A DNA stretch of 64,000 nt from Burkholderiales bacterium (GCA_017989135.1 JAGNQL010000002.1:1385-65384), one strand, 5' to 3'. Counted from the first letter of the stretch, positions 1 to 11,080 are shown. Program-made: numbers and translations. Notes: generated from the sequence alone by a model not told the origin.

Positions 1-548
1 AGGCTTCCGGCTTACCCGACAACGCGTTCCAGAATCGCAAGCTCTGGCTACTCAACTTGGTCGTCGTCGGCGTTGAGCTCGGGCAGCTCGGCGTTGACTT
101 CAGTCGTGGGCTCGACGTGGTGTTTCTGCGTGACGCAAAGAAAGAAAAAAAGCGCATCGCCGAGGTTGAGGGCGGCATGCGCCAGTGCTCTGCGCTTGCA
201 GCGGCCACCAATGCGGAATCAGCGGCCTCAATGGCGCGGTTCTTAGCAACCGTTCGCGAGAACAAAATGGAGAAACGCCTCGACGAAATGGTCAACGCCT
301 ACCGTGCTGGTGATGCGGTGACGATGGCGCGCGTGATTAACGAAGAGTTCGGCACCAGCCCTGAAGGTTTGTCAGCGCGCAAACGCGTGTTCGACAATCG
401 TCACCCGGCGATGGCCGACATGATCGAAACGTACTTCAAGCAAACCGACAAACACTTCGTTGTGATCGGAGTCGGCCACATGGTCGGCGAAAACAATTTG
501 CTGGAGTCGCTCGCGAAAAAAGGCGTTTCGATCAAGCGCGTGGAGTAG
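1..548 (+). CDS. TraB/GumN family protein (5'-truncated by the window edge)
   Basis: Frame open from position 3; motifs G.D..F...A....K.I..VE and the C-terminal R...M....FVVIGVGHMVGENNLLESLAKKG typical of TraB/GumN. Confidence 0.8.
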   Translation, partial: ASGLPDNAFQNRKLWLLNLVVVGVELGQLGVDFSRGLDVVFLRDAKKEKKRIAEVEGGMRQCSALAAATNAESAASMARFLATVRENKMEKRLDEMVNAYRAGDAVTMARVINEEFGTSPEGLSARKRVFDNRHPAMADMIETYFKQTDKHFVVIGVGHMVGENNLLESLAKKGVSIKRVE

Positions 549-565
549 TTGCAGCGATGCGTGCA

Positions 566-622
566 GTCGGCGCGGCATCAGCCGCGCTCGCTCGCCGTTA
601 GCGCGGCTGATGCCGCGCCTAC
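566..622. repeat. GTAG-type REP doublet (GTAGGCGCGGCATCAGCCGCGCT subtype)
   Basis: Inverted pair gtcggcgcggcatcagccgcgct ... agcgcggctgatgccgcgcctac between convergent genes; near-identical copy at 45067. Confidence 0.85.
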
Positions 623-640
623 ACCGGGCGAATGCCCGTT

Positions 641-1990
641 TTAGTCCGCCAAGTATCCGTTCACTAAACGCAGGTCGTCGTCGTTCAGCACGCCAGTTGC
701 GGCTTTGAGGCGGATGTTGTTTAGGAGCGCGTTGTAACGCGCCTGCGCCAGATCGCGCTGCACTTGCGTGACTTGCTGTTGTGCGTTGAGCACGTCAAGG
801 TTGGTACGCACACCGACTTCCAGACCGAGCTTCGTTGAGGCAAGCTGCGTCTCAGCCGACTTGAGCGCTTGCTGCTGCGCGGCCACACCCGCGACACCGC
901 TGGTCACGCCAAGATACGCCTGACGCACGTTAAGGCCGGCAGTGCGGCGTGCTGCTTCGACATCGTTACGGTTTTTGTCTACGAGCGCGAGGGTTTCACG
1001 AATTCGCGCGTTCACGCCGCCTGAAATATCGAACGGCCAGTTGAAAGTAACGCCAATCAAGCCGCTGTTCGACCACGAACCGCGATTGAGTGCCGCGCTG
1101 GCGGTGTTCTGCGCGTGCGCGACGTTGGCTGTCGCGTCTAGTGTCCAGTCCTTGCCCGTTTCGGCACGGCGAACGTCGTACTCTGACACCGCGAGAGTTT
1201 GTTGGGAAATCTGCACCGCAAACGCCTCCCGCTCGGCGCGGGTGACCCAAGCTTCCATGCTTTCAGGATTGGGTGCGGGTACTTGCGCGTTGTTGCGCAG
1301 TTTCTTTAGATTAGCTTCGAAGCGGCCAACGACGTTTCGGAGGGCCCACCGCGTACGGTCAACTTCGTTCTTCGCAGAAATTTCTTGTGCCAGCACTTGG
1401 TCGTAGCGCGACTGTGCCTCGTTGGTGTCCACAATTGTTGCGGTACCCACTTCAAAATTGCGTTTGGCCTGCGCAAGCTGCTCCGTCAACGCAGCCTTTT
1501 GCGATTGCACGAGCACGACGTTGTCCTGAGCAAGCAAAACATCAAAGTACGCCTGCGACAAACGGCTGGCGACGTCCATTTCGGCAGCCTTGACCGAAAG
1601 TTCGGAAATTTTCGCGGCCGCGTTGGCTTGTTCGATCGCGACGTTGTTGGCAGGACGAATCAACGGCTTATTCACGTAGGCGGACACGCTTGCGGCCAGG
1701 TATCCGCGATCAGTTTGTGCCGACGAGAGACCGCGCACATGGGAGTCGAAATAGTTAGCGTTAGCGCTGGCGTTGACGCCTGCCGCAAATCCATTTGCGG
1801 CTTCCGCCTGCGACACGCGCTCGCGCGCCGCGATCAGCGACGCACGAGCCGACGCGACTGCCGGATCCTGCGTGGTTGCTTCGCGATACAACGAGAGAAG
1901 ATCCGCGCCGTAAGCTGCGCCAGCGCCGGAAATCGCACCAGCGATGGCCAGCGACAAAGCCGAGAGAGAAAGGATTCGGGTCAAGCGCAT
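641..1990 (-). CDS. tolC: TolC family outer membrane channel
   Basis: Signal peptide; two OEP repeats (AYFDVLLAQD..FEVGTATIVD; AYLGV..LEVGVRTNLDVLNAQ); ATG at 1990 preferred over TTG at 2002. Confidence 0.9.
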   Translation of the reverse strand: MRLTRILSLSALSLAIAGAISGAGAAYGADLLSLYREATTQDPAVASARASLIAARERVSQAEAANGFAAGVNASANANYFDSHVRGLSSAQTDRGYLAASVSAYVNKPLIRPANNVAIEQANAAAKISELSVKAAEMDVASRLSQAYFDVLLAQDNVVLVQSQKAALTEQLAQAKRNFEVGTATIVDTNEAQSRYDQVLAQEISAKNEVDRTRWALRNVVGRFEANLKKLRNNAQVPAPNPESMEAWVTRAEREAFAVQISQQTLAVSEYDVRRAETGKDWTLDATANVAHAQNTASAALNRGSWSNSGLIGVTFNWPFDISGGVNARIRETLALVDKNRNDVEAARRTAGLNVRQAYLGVTSGVAGVAAQQQALKSAETQLASTKLGLEVGVRTNLDVLNAQQQVTQVQRDLAQARYNALLNNIRLKAATGVLNDDDLRLVNGYLAD

Positions 1991-2049
1991 TAAAAGCTCC
2001 AACGATCACTAAAGAGGGACAAACAACAGTTCAACCGCATGCGGCAAGA

Positions 2050-2403
2050 TCAATACTTGGGGACACTCGGATCAACTACCTGCGACCAAGCATCAATGCC
2101 GCCGCGCAGATTGAGGAGCCCTTCGACACCCTTGCCTGCCAAAAATTGAGCGCAATTCATGCTGCGCGCGCCGTGATGACAGATCACAACTAGGGGCTTC
2201 GAGACGGGATCGTCGCCTTGCAGCGCACGCACTTCGTCAACGCGACCGACGAGCGTCGACATCGGGACGTTCACTGAGCCGTCGATTCGAGCTAGCTCAA
2301 ACTCCCACGGCTCGCGCACGTCGAGCAGCACGGCGTTTGCCAGCGGAGCTTGCGCTTGGCTACGCGCCTGCGCTAGCGCTTGAACGTCAAGCTGTTGAAT
2401 CAT
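2050..2403 (-). CDS. Rhodanese-like sulfurtransferase
   Basis: LLDVREPWE, VICHHGARS and NLRGGIDAW motifs; start overlaps the pcm stop (TGATG). Confidence 0.9.
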   Translation of the reverse strand: MIQQLDVQALAQARSQAQAPLANAVLLDVREPWEFELARIDGSVNVPMSTLVGRVDEVRALQGDDPVSKPLVVICHHGARSMNCAQFLAGKGVEGLLNLRGGIDAWSQVVDPSVPKY

Positions 2404-3074
2404 CAAAAAACAAATCCCGGCGCTTTGGCCGCATTGGTCAAGGGCGGCAATACCGTTTCGAACAGCGTTCGATTGCGGCGACCGCCGGTCGCACTCACGG
2501 TCGTAAGCGTTGCGTTCATGACCGGCAGTTTTCCGATCACGGCGAAAATTTTGCCTTCGACTTTGAGCTGCGAAAAGACCTCGTCTGGCAGCACTTCCAT
2601 CGAGCCCGTGAACACGATCACGTCGTACGGCGCTTGGCCCTTCCAGCCGCGCGCGCCGTCGCCCGTGATGATGGTGGCGTTGGTGATGCCTGCACGCGCC
2701 AAATTGTCGGCGGCGAATTTAGCCAAGGCTGGGTCGAGTTCGATGCTTGTCACCTTCGCTGCGCGCGAGGCCAGTAAGCCGGTAAGGTAGCCGCCACGCG
2801 CGCCGATTTCGAGCACATGTTCTTTGCCGGTCAAACCCAAATCTTGGACTACACGCGCTTCCATTTTTGGCGTCCACATTCTTGCGGTCGCGGAATTCGG
2901 TGTGATCGGCACTTCCACGTCCATCAGCGCGAACTCGCGCTGCGATGGCGGCAAAAAGTTCTCGCGTTTAAGCGTGTGTAGCAGGTCAAGCACATCAGTA
3001 TCGAGCACATCCCATGTGCGGATTTGCTGCTCGACCATGTTGAAGCGGACTTGTTCGATGTTCATGTGCGTCAT
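2403..3074 (-). CDS. pcm: Protein-L-isoaspartate O-methyltransferase family
   Basis: RFNMVEQQIRTW, SAM motif VLEIGARGGY, GDGARGW..APYDVI; sits in the pcm-rhodanese-tolC cluster. Confidence 0.85.
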   Translation of the reverse strand: MTHMNIEQVRFNMVEQQIRTWDVLDTDVLDLLHTLKRENFLPPSQREFALMDVEVPITPNSATARMWTPKMEARVVQDLGLTGKEHVLEIGARGGYLTGLLASRAAKVTSIELDPALAKFAADNLARAGITNATIITGDGARGWKGQAPYDVIVFTGSMEVLPDEVFSQLKVEGKIFAVIGKLPVMNATLTTVSATGGRRNRTLFETVLPPLTNAAKAPGFVF

Positions 3075-3200
3075 GTGCGGGGAGGCGTGGATACGCGTTG
3101 AGTAGGGTCAGGAATGTGCCATTTTAACGGGCAAACTCCATAAATGACCGCGAGTCAGTTAACGAAGTTTAGCGGAATTTTGATCGTGCGCAAGGCAGCC

Positions 3201-6200
3201 TCATTCAGCAGGTGTAGCCACGACGACGTGCGCATCAAGTGTCACGCCCCGGCGAGCTGCCTTTTTCGCGGCGCGCCGCTCCTTGAACTCTTCGATCATT
3301 GCGTAAATCACCGGCACCACCACCAAGGTCAAGATGCCGGAGCTCAACAAGCCGCCAATAATCGAGCGTCCCATCGTGCCGTCCGCGCCTTCTTTAAGCG
3401 CGAGCGCCATGGGCAACATGCCAAACACCATCGCTGCGGTAGTCATCAAAATCGGCCGCAAGCGAATGTGGCCCGCCAACACCAGAGCTTCGGTGATGCT
3501 CTTGCCTTGCTCCCGCCGCGCCTGATTGGCGAAGTCAACGAGCAAAATGCCGTTTTTCACTACCAATCCCATCAGCATGATGAAGGCGATCATCGCGAAC
3601 ATGTTGAAGGTGGTGCGGGTCACGAAGAGCGCGAGCATCACCCCAACAAGCGACAACGGCAAGGTGGCCATAATCGCCAAAGGCTGAGCGAAGCTCATGA
3701 ACTGTGACCCTAATACGAAGTAAATGAACGTCACGGCCAAGACCAGCGCAACCACGGCGTAACCAAACGAATCGCGCATGATTTGGTTATCGCCGTCTTG
3801 CTGAAAGCGATAGCCTGGCGGCAAAGGGAACGACTCAATCAACTTATTGACGTCGTTGCCCACGTCACCCGGTGTACGTCCCTTGGCGTTCGCACTAATC
3901 GTCACCTGCCGCTGCAAAAAAGCGCGCTCGATGCTCTTCGGATTTGTGCTCTCACTGATAGTGGCGACACGCTCCAGCGCGAGCGCATCGCCATCAAGTG
4001 CTCGTGGATTCGCCAGCGGGATTTGCAGCAATTGCGCGGGGTCGTTTCTGACGTTCGCAGGCAAACGCACTGACACGTCCACTGAGTTACCCGAAGGTGG
4101 CAACCACGTGGCCACCGCATCCCCGGCCACTAGCGCACGCGACACCGAGCCAATCGTAGACGGCGTGATACCAAACTCCGCGCTCTCTGCACGTTTCGGC
4201 ATGATCACCAGCGCTGGCACCGCTGCTTTCTCGCTGCTGTCGATGTCGACCACACCGTTGATCTTCTCAAGCTTCTCGACGAACTGCTCAGAAAGTTGCT
4301 TGAGCATCGCCGCATCCGGCCCGACAAACGACACCTGCACCGGTTTGTTCCAGCCGACCGACACGGTCATGCCAGCAATGCCTTTCACCGAATCCCGCGC
4401 GATGTCTTCGAGCTGCTTTTGACTGCGTGTTCGTTCGGTGCGCGGCTTCAGGATCACGTTGATCCAGCCGGTGTTTTTTCCACGACCGCCGCCCGCACCG
4501 GAATACAACAATTTGATCTCGGGAATTTTGCGCAACTCGGCCTCGGCCTGCGCGACTTTCACGGTTGTGTATTCAAGACTCGAGCCCACAGGCGTTTCCA
4601 GGCGCATTCCAAATTCGCTTTGGTCGTCTTTCGGAACAAATTCGCTACCGATCAACGGAAACAATGCCATGCTGCCCACAAACATTGCGGTCACGATGGC
4701 GAGCACTTTCTTGCGATGTCCAAGCGACCAACGAATCACGCGCTCGTATCGATGCTGCAAGCCTTCCATGCGTTGGTCAAACCACGTCAGGAACTTACCC
4801 AACCACGGCAATCGCTTGAATCGATTGCCCAGCGGATCAGCCCACACGGCCGAGAGCATCGGGTCAAGCGTGAAGCTCACAAACAGCGAAATCAACACAG
4901 CGACAACGACCGTCACACCGAACTGATAGAAAAACAAACCAATGATGCCGCCCATGAACGCCACGGGCGCGAACACCGCCACAATCGCGAGCGTGGTCGA
5001 CAACACCGCAAGGCCAATTTCTTCGGTCGCTTCCAGTGCAGCTTGCTTGTGCGATTTGCCCATCGCCAAGTGACGCACAATGTTCTCGCGCACCACAATC
5101 GCGTCATCAATCAACAAGCCGATACACAACGACAACGCCATCAGCGTGAGGTTATTGAGCGTGAAGCCAAACGCGTAGAGCGCGATGAACGTCGCCACTA
5201 CCGAAATGGGCAACGTCAGGGCCGTGATCACGGTGCTGCGCCACGACGCGAGGAATACAAACACGATCAACACCGTGAGCAAACCACCTTCGATGATCGT
5301 GCTTTTCACACCATCAACGCTCGATTTCACGTACTTCGATTGGTCCGAAAGAATCGTCAATTCAACGTCCGCAGGTAGCTCTTTTTTCAGCCGGTCAATC
5401 GCGGCTTTGACGCCTTGTCCGACTTCAACGGTATTGCTGCCACGCACCTTGAGCATGTCAAGGCTGATAGCGCGAACGCCATCAATTCGCGCGAAGCTGG
5501 TTTGTTCTTTATTGCCGTCGACGATGGTCGCCACGTCGCCGAGTCGCACCTGCAAGCCATCGCGCCGCGCGACGATCAGATTAGAGAAATCCGCCACCGT
5601 TTTGAAGCGCGCATCTACACGCACCGACTTGTCGTTTTGACCAATCGTGATGTTGCCCACGGGCGCGTCGATATTGTCGGTGCGAATCGCGTTCAATACC
5701 TGATCGACGCCAATACGGCGCGCGCGAAGCTTTGCCGGGTCCGGCTCGATTTGAATTTCACGCGTTGACGAACCGCTTAGATTCACCGTCGCAACGCCCG
5801 GCACGTTTTCCATGCGCCGGCGAATGACCTCTTCTACGATGTACGAAAGGTCCGGCAGCGTTCGGATTTTTGACGTAACGCCGAGCGAGACGATGGCTTT
5901 GTCGTCGTCGCGGTTCGCCTGCGAAACGAAGGGCTCTTTCGCTTCTTTCGGGAAGCCAGGCCGAATCTGCGCCAACTTGTCGCGCATTTCCTGCATTGCG
6001 ACTTTGATCTCGGTGCCCATCGCAAACTCGACGATCACGAGGCTCGAATTTTCACGGGAACGCGAAGTGATTTTCTTTACGCCAGAAATGGTGTTCAGCG
6101 CGTTTTCAATCGGCTTGGTCAAGTCGTTTTCTACGGCTTGCGGACTCGCGCCGGGGTACTGAACCACCGTGAAGGCGAACGGCAAATTCACCTCGGGCAT

Positions 6201-6308
6201 GGCGTCAATGGGCAGCCGGAAATACGACACCGCCCCCATCACCATGAGCGCAAACATCACCATGGTGCAAAACACCGGGTTTTTAATCGCAACGCGGGTC
6301 ATCCACAT
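3201..6308 (-). CDS. RND efflux permease (AcrB/AcrD/AcrF family)
   Basis: 1035 aa; IDDAIVVRENI, KNGILLVDF and RLRPILMTT motifs. Confidence 0.95.
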   Translation of the reverse strand: MWMTRVAIKNPVFCTMVMFALMVMGAVSYFRLPIDAMPEVNLPFAFTVVQYPGASPQAVENDLTKPIENALNTISGVKKITSRSRENSSLVIVEFAMGTEIKVAMQEMRDKLAQIRPGFPKEAKEPFVSQANRDDDKAIVSLGVTSKIRTLPDLSYIVEEVIRRRMENVPGVATVNLSGSSTREIQIEPDPAKLRARRIGVDQVLNAIRTDNIDAPVGNITIGQNDKSVRVDARFKTVADFSNLIVARRDGLQVRLGDVATIVDGNKEQTSFARIDGVRAISLDMLKVRGSNTVEVGQGVKAAIDRLKKELPADVELTILSDQSKYVKSSVDGVKSTIIEGGLLTVLIVFVFLASWRSTVITALTLPISVVATFIALYAFGFTLNNLTLMALSLCIGLLIDDAIVVRENIVRHLAMGKSHKQAALEATEEIGLAVLSTTLAIVAVFAPVAFMGGIIGLFFYQFGVTVVVAVLISLFVSFTLDPMLSAVWADPLGNRFKRLPWLGKFLTWFDQRMEGLQHRYERVIRWSLGHRKKVLAIVTAMFVGSMALFPLIGSEFVPKDDQSEFGMRLETPVGSSLEYTTVKVAQAEAELRKIPEIKLLYSGAGGGRGKNTGWINVILKPRTERTRSQKQLEDIARDSVKGIAGMTVSVGWNKPVQVSFVGPDAAMLKQLSEQFVEKLEKINGVVDIDSSEKAAVPALVIMPKRAESAEFGITPSTIGSVSRALVAGDAVATWLPPSGNSVDVSVRLPANVRNDPAQLLQIPLANPRALDGDALALERVATISESTNPKSIERAFLQRQVTISANAKGRTPGDVGNDVNKLIESFPLPPGYRFQQDGDNQIMRDSFGYAVVALVLAVTFIYFVLGSQFMSFAQPLAIMATLPLSLVGVMLALFVTRTTFNMFAMIAFIMLMGLVVKNGILLVDFANQARREQGKSITEALVLAGHIRLRPILMTTAAMVFGMLPMALALKEGADGTMGRSIIGGLLSSGILTLVVVPVIYAMIEEFKERRAAKKAARRGVTLDAHVVVATPAE

Positions 6309-6320
6309 GGTGCGTGTTCC

Positions 6321-7517
6321 TTATTTCGCCGCTGGAGCGGGAGCTGCCACGGCTGCAGCCGGAGCGGCGGGGACAGCTGGCGTCGCTGCTGTCGCGGGTG
6401 CGGCACCGGGCAACGTGACAGCTTGGCCCTCGTTCGGCTCGGCGCCGCGCAGCGTGAGCACTTTCGCGCCCGCAGCCAAACCTTCGGTGACCGCTACGTT
6501 TTCGCCCGATATTGCACCGAGTTTGACGCGCAGCTTTTTCGCTTTGCCGTCTTGCACCACCCACAAGTAATTGCCCGTCACGTCCGTCTTAACGGCAACG
6601 CTTGGCACAGACACAGCCGCGCTCGATTGCGACAAACGCAACTGCCCCGACAAGAAAGCGCCGGCTGGGATGCCGCTGTCGACCGGAAGCGCGAAGCGCG
6701 TCTCCACCGTGCGAGCCGCGCTGCCCGTGGTCGGGATGATTCGGGTGAGCGTGCCGTCGACTGACGCGCCGCCGGTATCGAGCGAAAAGCTCGCTTTTTG
6801 TCCGATCTTGAGTTCGGCAACGCGCTCAGCCGGAACCGGCACCACAACTTCCAAAGACGTCGGATCAAGAATCGTGAACACCGCCATTTCGTTGCCGATG
6901 CGCTCGCCCGGCTCGACACTGCGCTTCGAAATCACGCCCGAAATCGGAGCAACCAGCGACGTCTCATTCAGAGCGGATTTTGCGATGTCGAGCTGCGATT
7001 TCGCCGCCTCAAAGGCCGAGCGTGCCGCCACAAAGTTGCTCTCGCTACTGTCAAGCGCCGTTTTCGAAATGAAGCCGCGTTCGGCCAATGAACGCTGCTG
7101 GGCGCGGACGGATTCGGCCACGCCGAGCGCTGCCTGCGTCTGTTTAATCGCCGATTCGCGCTCCATCAGGCGAAGGCGCAGCTCATCGCTGTCGACCTTC
7201 GCTAGCCGTTCGCCCGCCTGCACCCGGTCGCCCGCGCGCTTGGTCACGCCCGTCGCCGTGCCCGCATGCCGCGAGCGCACGATAGCTTGCTTGGCGGCGT
7301 CCACGCTGCCCGCGACCGGGAGCGACTGCACCAGTGTGGTCGGGCCGGCGGTCGCCATATCCACCGCAGCGAGCACCAAGGGCGCGTCGGCTTTCTTGCC
7401 TTCGGCAATTTTCGCGGCTGCGGCAGCGTCTTTATTGCGCTTCACCATAAACCCCGCCCCGGCCGCGCCAACCGCCAACAACAACCCCGTCACTACCATC
7501 CATCGCTTGATGCTCAT
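6321..7517 (-). CDS. RND efflux periplasmic adaptor (membrane fusion protein)
   Basis: N-terminal anchor, GDRVQAGERLA lipoyl half, coiled coil, APISGVIS; directly upstream of the RND gene. Confidence 0.9.
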   Translation of the reverse strand: MSIKRWMVVTGLLLAVGAAGAGFMVKRNKDAAAAAKIAEGKKADAPLVLAAVDMATAGPTTLVQSLPVAGSVDAAKQAIVRSRHAGTATGVTKRAGDRVQAGERLAKVDSDELRLRLMERESAIKQTQAALGVAESVRAQQRSLAERGFISKTALDSSESNFVAARSAFEAAKSQLDIAKSALNETSLVAPISGVISKRSVEPGERIGNEMAVFTILDPTSLEVVVPVPAERVAELKIGQKASFSLDTGGASVDGTLTRIIPTTGSAARTVETRFALPVDSGIPAGAFLSGQLRLSQSSAAVSVPSVAVKTDVTGNYLWVVQDGKAKKLRVKLGAISGENVAVTEGLAAGAKVLTLRGAEPNEGQAVTLPGAAPATAATPAVPAAPAAAVAAPAPAAK

Positions 7518-7669
7518 GCGTTCTCAGGGCTTGTGGCCCTTCTCCCGTTTTTCAGAATGGTGGAAGGCTAGGGCATTTGTCGGGCTTGTGCGCGTGTGGT
7601 GCGACAAAGCCCCACTTTTCTGGCGCGAACTGCGGGCGAGTTCGCGGCACGCAAAACGCGTGGTCAGCG

Positions 7670-7796
7670 GTTATGGCTTTTGCCCGCTATCGACTGCCCT
7701 GTGGTGTTTTTGCACTATTTTTTTCATTAAATCGACTTTATTAAAATAATGCTTCTAACGACCGTACGTCGGTCATTAGAAGCATAAAGCTGTATC
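7670..7796. repeat. ~126-bp palindromic intergenic element, copy A
   Basis: gttatggcttttg...cataaagctgtatc; aligns end to end with the reverse complement of 25668-25793; internal 15/16-bp hairpin at 7749-7785. Confidence 0.8.
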
Positions 7797-8008
7797 GTGG
7801 CAAGCGCGAAAACCGCGCGCCAAAATGACGCGAAATGGCGTGGGCGCTGGTAAAATCGAGGGTTACCCTCATATAGCTTGCCTATTAGAAGCGCGGCGCC
7901 GAGTATGTCCGATTTGGCGATCAAACTGCGTTTCTAGTCGACGTCGTCACGCATCTTTCTGCCAGGTTCACGATCCCCGTGGTCCTTTGTGCACTGGAAA
8001 TTTGAAGC

Positions 8009-10915
8009 ATGGTTAAAGCCAAATCAAAACCCGCCGCAAAAGTTAGCAAAACAGCGAAAGCAAAACCGGCCGTAAAAGCCCGTGTTGCAGCCAAACCTGT
8101 CGCCCTGACAAAAGCCGGCAAGGCAAAGCCCGCGAAACCCCAAGCGAAAGCCGCCAAGGTTGCGCCGAAGTCGAAAGCCGTTGTGAAGAGTAAACCTGCG
8201 TCAAAAACAAAACCTGCTGCGAAAGCCAAGCCTGCCAACAAACCTTCAGCGAAGGCGGCAGTGAAATCTAGCGCGAAGAAAGCAGCAGTTGTCAAAGCAA
8301 AGCCCACAGCGAAGGCAAAAAGTGCCAAGCCCGCAGCAAAAAGCGTGACAAAGCCCGCAGGCAAAACCACCTCCAAAGTTGCGACCAAGGTCGTTGCCAA
8401 GGCAAAAGCAACCGGCAAACCAGCCGCCAAGCCCGCGGGCAAAGCAGCGAGCAAGCCCGTTGCAAAAACTGCTGCAAAAGCAGGCGCCAAGGCTCCCGCC
8501 AAAGCGGTGAAAGTGGTTGCGAAAGCCGTGGTGAAAACCCCGGCTAAAGCAGCCGCCAAACCTGTCGCAAAACCCGTATCAAAGCCGGTTGCCCAGCCCG
8601 CCGCTAAATCCAGTTCGACCTCATCGAAGGCGCCAGCGGCCAAGGCCGTTGTCAGTGCGCCAAAAGCAGCGGCGCCCACCAAGGGCACCAGCAAACCATC
8701 CGAAAAGGCCGTTATTAAGTCCACTCATCCTGTCGCGGCCAAGCCGGTCGAGACCAAACCTTCCAAGCCCTCTAAACGTGACGGAGCTGACAAGCCCGTG
8801 GCCGCTGCCCCCGTTGCAGCGCCAGCCAAAGCCGCAGCCCCTGCAGTCGTAGTCAAAACCGGCAAACCCGGTCGTCCTCCGAAAAATGCGGTTGACGCCG
8901 CACCCGCCGTGGTCGCCGACGTTACCGACGCAACGGGTGCCGTGGTTGACGACGCAACGGCCGCGCCGATTGCAATCAACCCGCTGACCGGTAAGCCAAA
9001 GACGCGCAAGCAACTGCTGCTCGAAAAGAAACAGGAAGCGCTCCTGAAAGCGCTCGCGCCGTTCAAAACGGTTGATGCCGAAACCCGTCGTCTGCGCCTC
9101 AAAACGCTGATTACGCTCGGTAAAGATCGTGGTTACCTGACGTACTCCGAGATTAACGATCACCTGCCAGACGACTTGGTGGACGCAGAGTCCATCGAAG
9201 GCATCGTTGCGATGATCAACGACATGGGTATTCAGGTGTTCGATGAAGCGCCTGCTGCCGAAGAGTTGATCATTTCCGAAACCGCGTCGGCCGTTGCCGA
9301 CGATGACGTCGCTGAAGAAGCCGAGCGCGCGATTTCGCAGCTCGACAGCGAATTCGGTCGCACCACCGATCCCGTGCGTATGTACATGCGCGAAATGGGT
9401 ACGGTGGAGCTTCTGACGCGTGAAGGCGAGATCGAAATCGCCAAGCGCATCGAAGACGGCCTCAAGCACATGGTGCAAGCGATTTCCGCGTGCCCAATGA
9501 CCATCGCCGACATTCTGCTCTTGGCCGACAAGATCGAAAAAGGCGAGGCCATCGCTGACGACATCGTCGACGGTATCGCCGGTCTTGAGCCGCCAGAGCC
9601 CGCGCCTGCGCCCGCTCCGAGCGATCAAGACGGCGACGAAGAAGCCGAAGAGGAAGAAGAAGACGAAGAGGCCACCGCGGCCCTCTCCGCCGAACTTCTC
9701 GCCAAACTCAAAGCGCTCTCGCTCGAAAAATTCGGCACGATTCGTAAGAACTACGCCAAGGTACTCGCCCATATCGAAAAGGACGAATACAAGAGCGAAG
9801 GCTACGTAAAAGCACAGAAAAAGATCACCGAAGAGATGACCGACATTCGCTTCGCCGCGAAGATCGTCGAGCAGCTCTGTGACTCCGTGCGTTCGCAAGT
9901 CGATCGTATTCGCGGTCATGAGCGCAAGCTGCAAGAGCTCTTGGTTTTCAAATGCCAAATGCCACGCGATCATTTCCTCAAAATGTTCCCCGACAAGGCC
10001 ATGGACCTGACGTGGATCGACAAAGAAATCGCTGCTGGCAAGCCGTACAGCGAAGTGATGGCAAAGAATCGCCAAGCACTGGTTGAGCGCCAAGAAGCGT
10101 TGCTGGATCTGCAAAAGAAAGTGCAACTTCCGCTGCAAGACTTCAAAGACATTTACAAGCAAATGTCCTCTGGCGAAGCCAAGTCGCGCAAGGCGAAAAA
10201 AGAAATGACCGAGGCCAACTTGCGCCTCGTGATTTCGATCGCCAAGAAGTACACCAACCGCGGCTTGCAGTTCCTCGACCTGATTCAAGAGGGCAACATC
10301 GGCCTAATGAAAGCCGTCGACAAGTTCGAATATCGTCGCGGCTACAAGTTCTCGACCTACGCCACGTGGTGGATTCGTCAGGCCATCACCCGTTCTATCG
10401 CCGATCAAGCGCGCACCATCCGTATCCCGGTGCACATGATCGAAACGATCAACAAGATGAACCGCATCTCGCGCCAAATCTTGCAAGAAACGGGTATCGA
10501 GCCCGATGCGCCCACCCTCGCCGCGCGCATGGAAATCCCCGAGGACAAGATCCGCCGCATCATGAAGATCAGCAAAGAGCCGATCTCTATGGAAACGCCA
10601 ATTGGCGACGACGACGACAGCCATCTGGGTGACTTCATCGAAGACACGCTCACGCTGACGCCGATGGACGCCGCCGTGCAAGACAGCCTCCGCGACCTGT
10701 GCAAAGAAGTGCTCGACACCCTCACGCCACGCGAAGCCAAAGTGCTGCGCATGCGCTTCGGCATCGAGATGAACACTGACCACACGCTCGAAGAAGTCGG
10801 CAAACAATTTGACGTCACGCGCGAGCGCATCCGTCAGATCGAAGCCAAAGCCCTACGCAAACTGCGCCACCCAAGCCGCGCAGAACGCCTCAAAGGCTTC
10901 GTCACTGAAGCGTAA
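8009..10915 (+). CDS. rpoD: RNA polymerase primary sigma factor RpoD with ~350-aa Lys/Ala/Pro-rich N-terminal extension
   Basis: Region 1.1 ([17 protein letters not shown]), 1.2 ([13 protein letters not shown]), region 2 ([40 protein letters not shown]), region 4 ([20 protein letters not shown]). Confidence 0.97.
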   Translation: MVKAKSKPAAKVSKTAKAKPAVKARVAAKPVALTKAGKAKPAKPQAKAAKVAPKSKAVVKSKPASKTKPAAKAKPANKPSAKAAVKSSAKKAAVVKAKPTAKAKSAKPAAKSVTKPAGKTTSKVATKVVAKAKATGKPAAKPAGKAASKPVAKTAAKAGAKAPAKAVKVVAKAVVKTPAKAAAKPVAKPVSKPVAQPAAKSSSTSSKAPAAKAVVSAPKAAAPTKGTSKPSEKAVIKSTHPVAAKPVETKPSKPSKRDGADKPVAAAPVAAPAKAAAPAVVVKTGKPGRPPKNAVDAAPAVVADVTDATGAVVDDATAAPIAINPLTGKPKTRKQLLLEKKQEALLKALAPFKTVDAETRRLRLKTLITLGKDRGYLTYSEINDHLPDDLVDAESIEGIVAMINDMGIQVFDEAPAAEELIISETASAVADDDVAEEAERAISQLDSEFGRTTDPVRMYMREMGTVELLTREGEIEIAKRIEDGLKHMVQAISACPMTIADILLLADKIEKGEAIADDIVDGIAGLEPPEPAPAPAPSDQDGDEEAEEEEEDEEATAALSAELLAKLKALSLEKFGTIRKNYAKVLAHIEKDEYKSEGYVKAQKKITEEMTDIRFAAKIVEQLCDSVRSQVDRIRGHERKLQELLVFKCQMPRDHFLKMFPDKAMDLTWIDKEIAAGKPYSEVMAKNRQALVERQEALLDLQKKVQLPLQDFKDIYKQMSSGEAKSRKAKKEMTEANLRLVISIAKKYTNRGLQFLDLIQEGNIGLMKAVDKFEYRRGYKFSTYATWWIRQAITRSIADQARTIRIPVHMIETINKMNRISRQILQETGIEPDAPTLAARMEIPEDKIRRIMKISKEPISMETPIGDDDDSHLGDFIEDTLTLTPMDAAVQDSLRDLCKEVLDTLTPREAKVLRMRFGIEMNTDHTLEEVGKQFDVTRERIRQIEAKALRKLRHPSRAERLKGFVTEA

Positions 10916-10932
10916 GTTGCGGCGACGCAAAC

Positions 10933-10964
10933 GACAAACGGGCCTTCGGGCCCGTTTGTCATTT
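10933..10964 (+). terminator. Stem-loop after rpoD (probable intrinsic terminator)
   Basis: Perfect 12-bp stem gacaaacgggcc-ttcg-ggcccgtttgtc followed by a short attt tail. Confidence 0.7.
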
Positions 10965-11001
10965 CTACGAGAGCCCAATGCCTGCGCGCACCTCTCGCTC
11001 C

Positions 11002-11030
11002 GTTCGTGGTGACCTTGTCGAACCATGAAC
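11002..11030. repeat. Bulged hairpin repeat (GTTCGTGGTGAnCnTGTCGAACCATGAAC family)
   Basis: Related, reverse-oriented copies at 36981-37097; a related core at 26531-26549. Confidence 0.6.
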
Positions 11031-11080
11031 ATGCACGCACGTGGCTGGGCGCGTGATCGAATGCGATAATTAAAGCTAGT

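Noticed and set aside
8621-10288. 555-aa antisense ORF inside rpoD, and 7921-8724 opposite the K/A-rich tail
   Set aside because: Shadow ORFs expected from GC-rich codon bias and low-complexity sequence; no recognisable motifs
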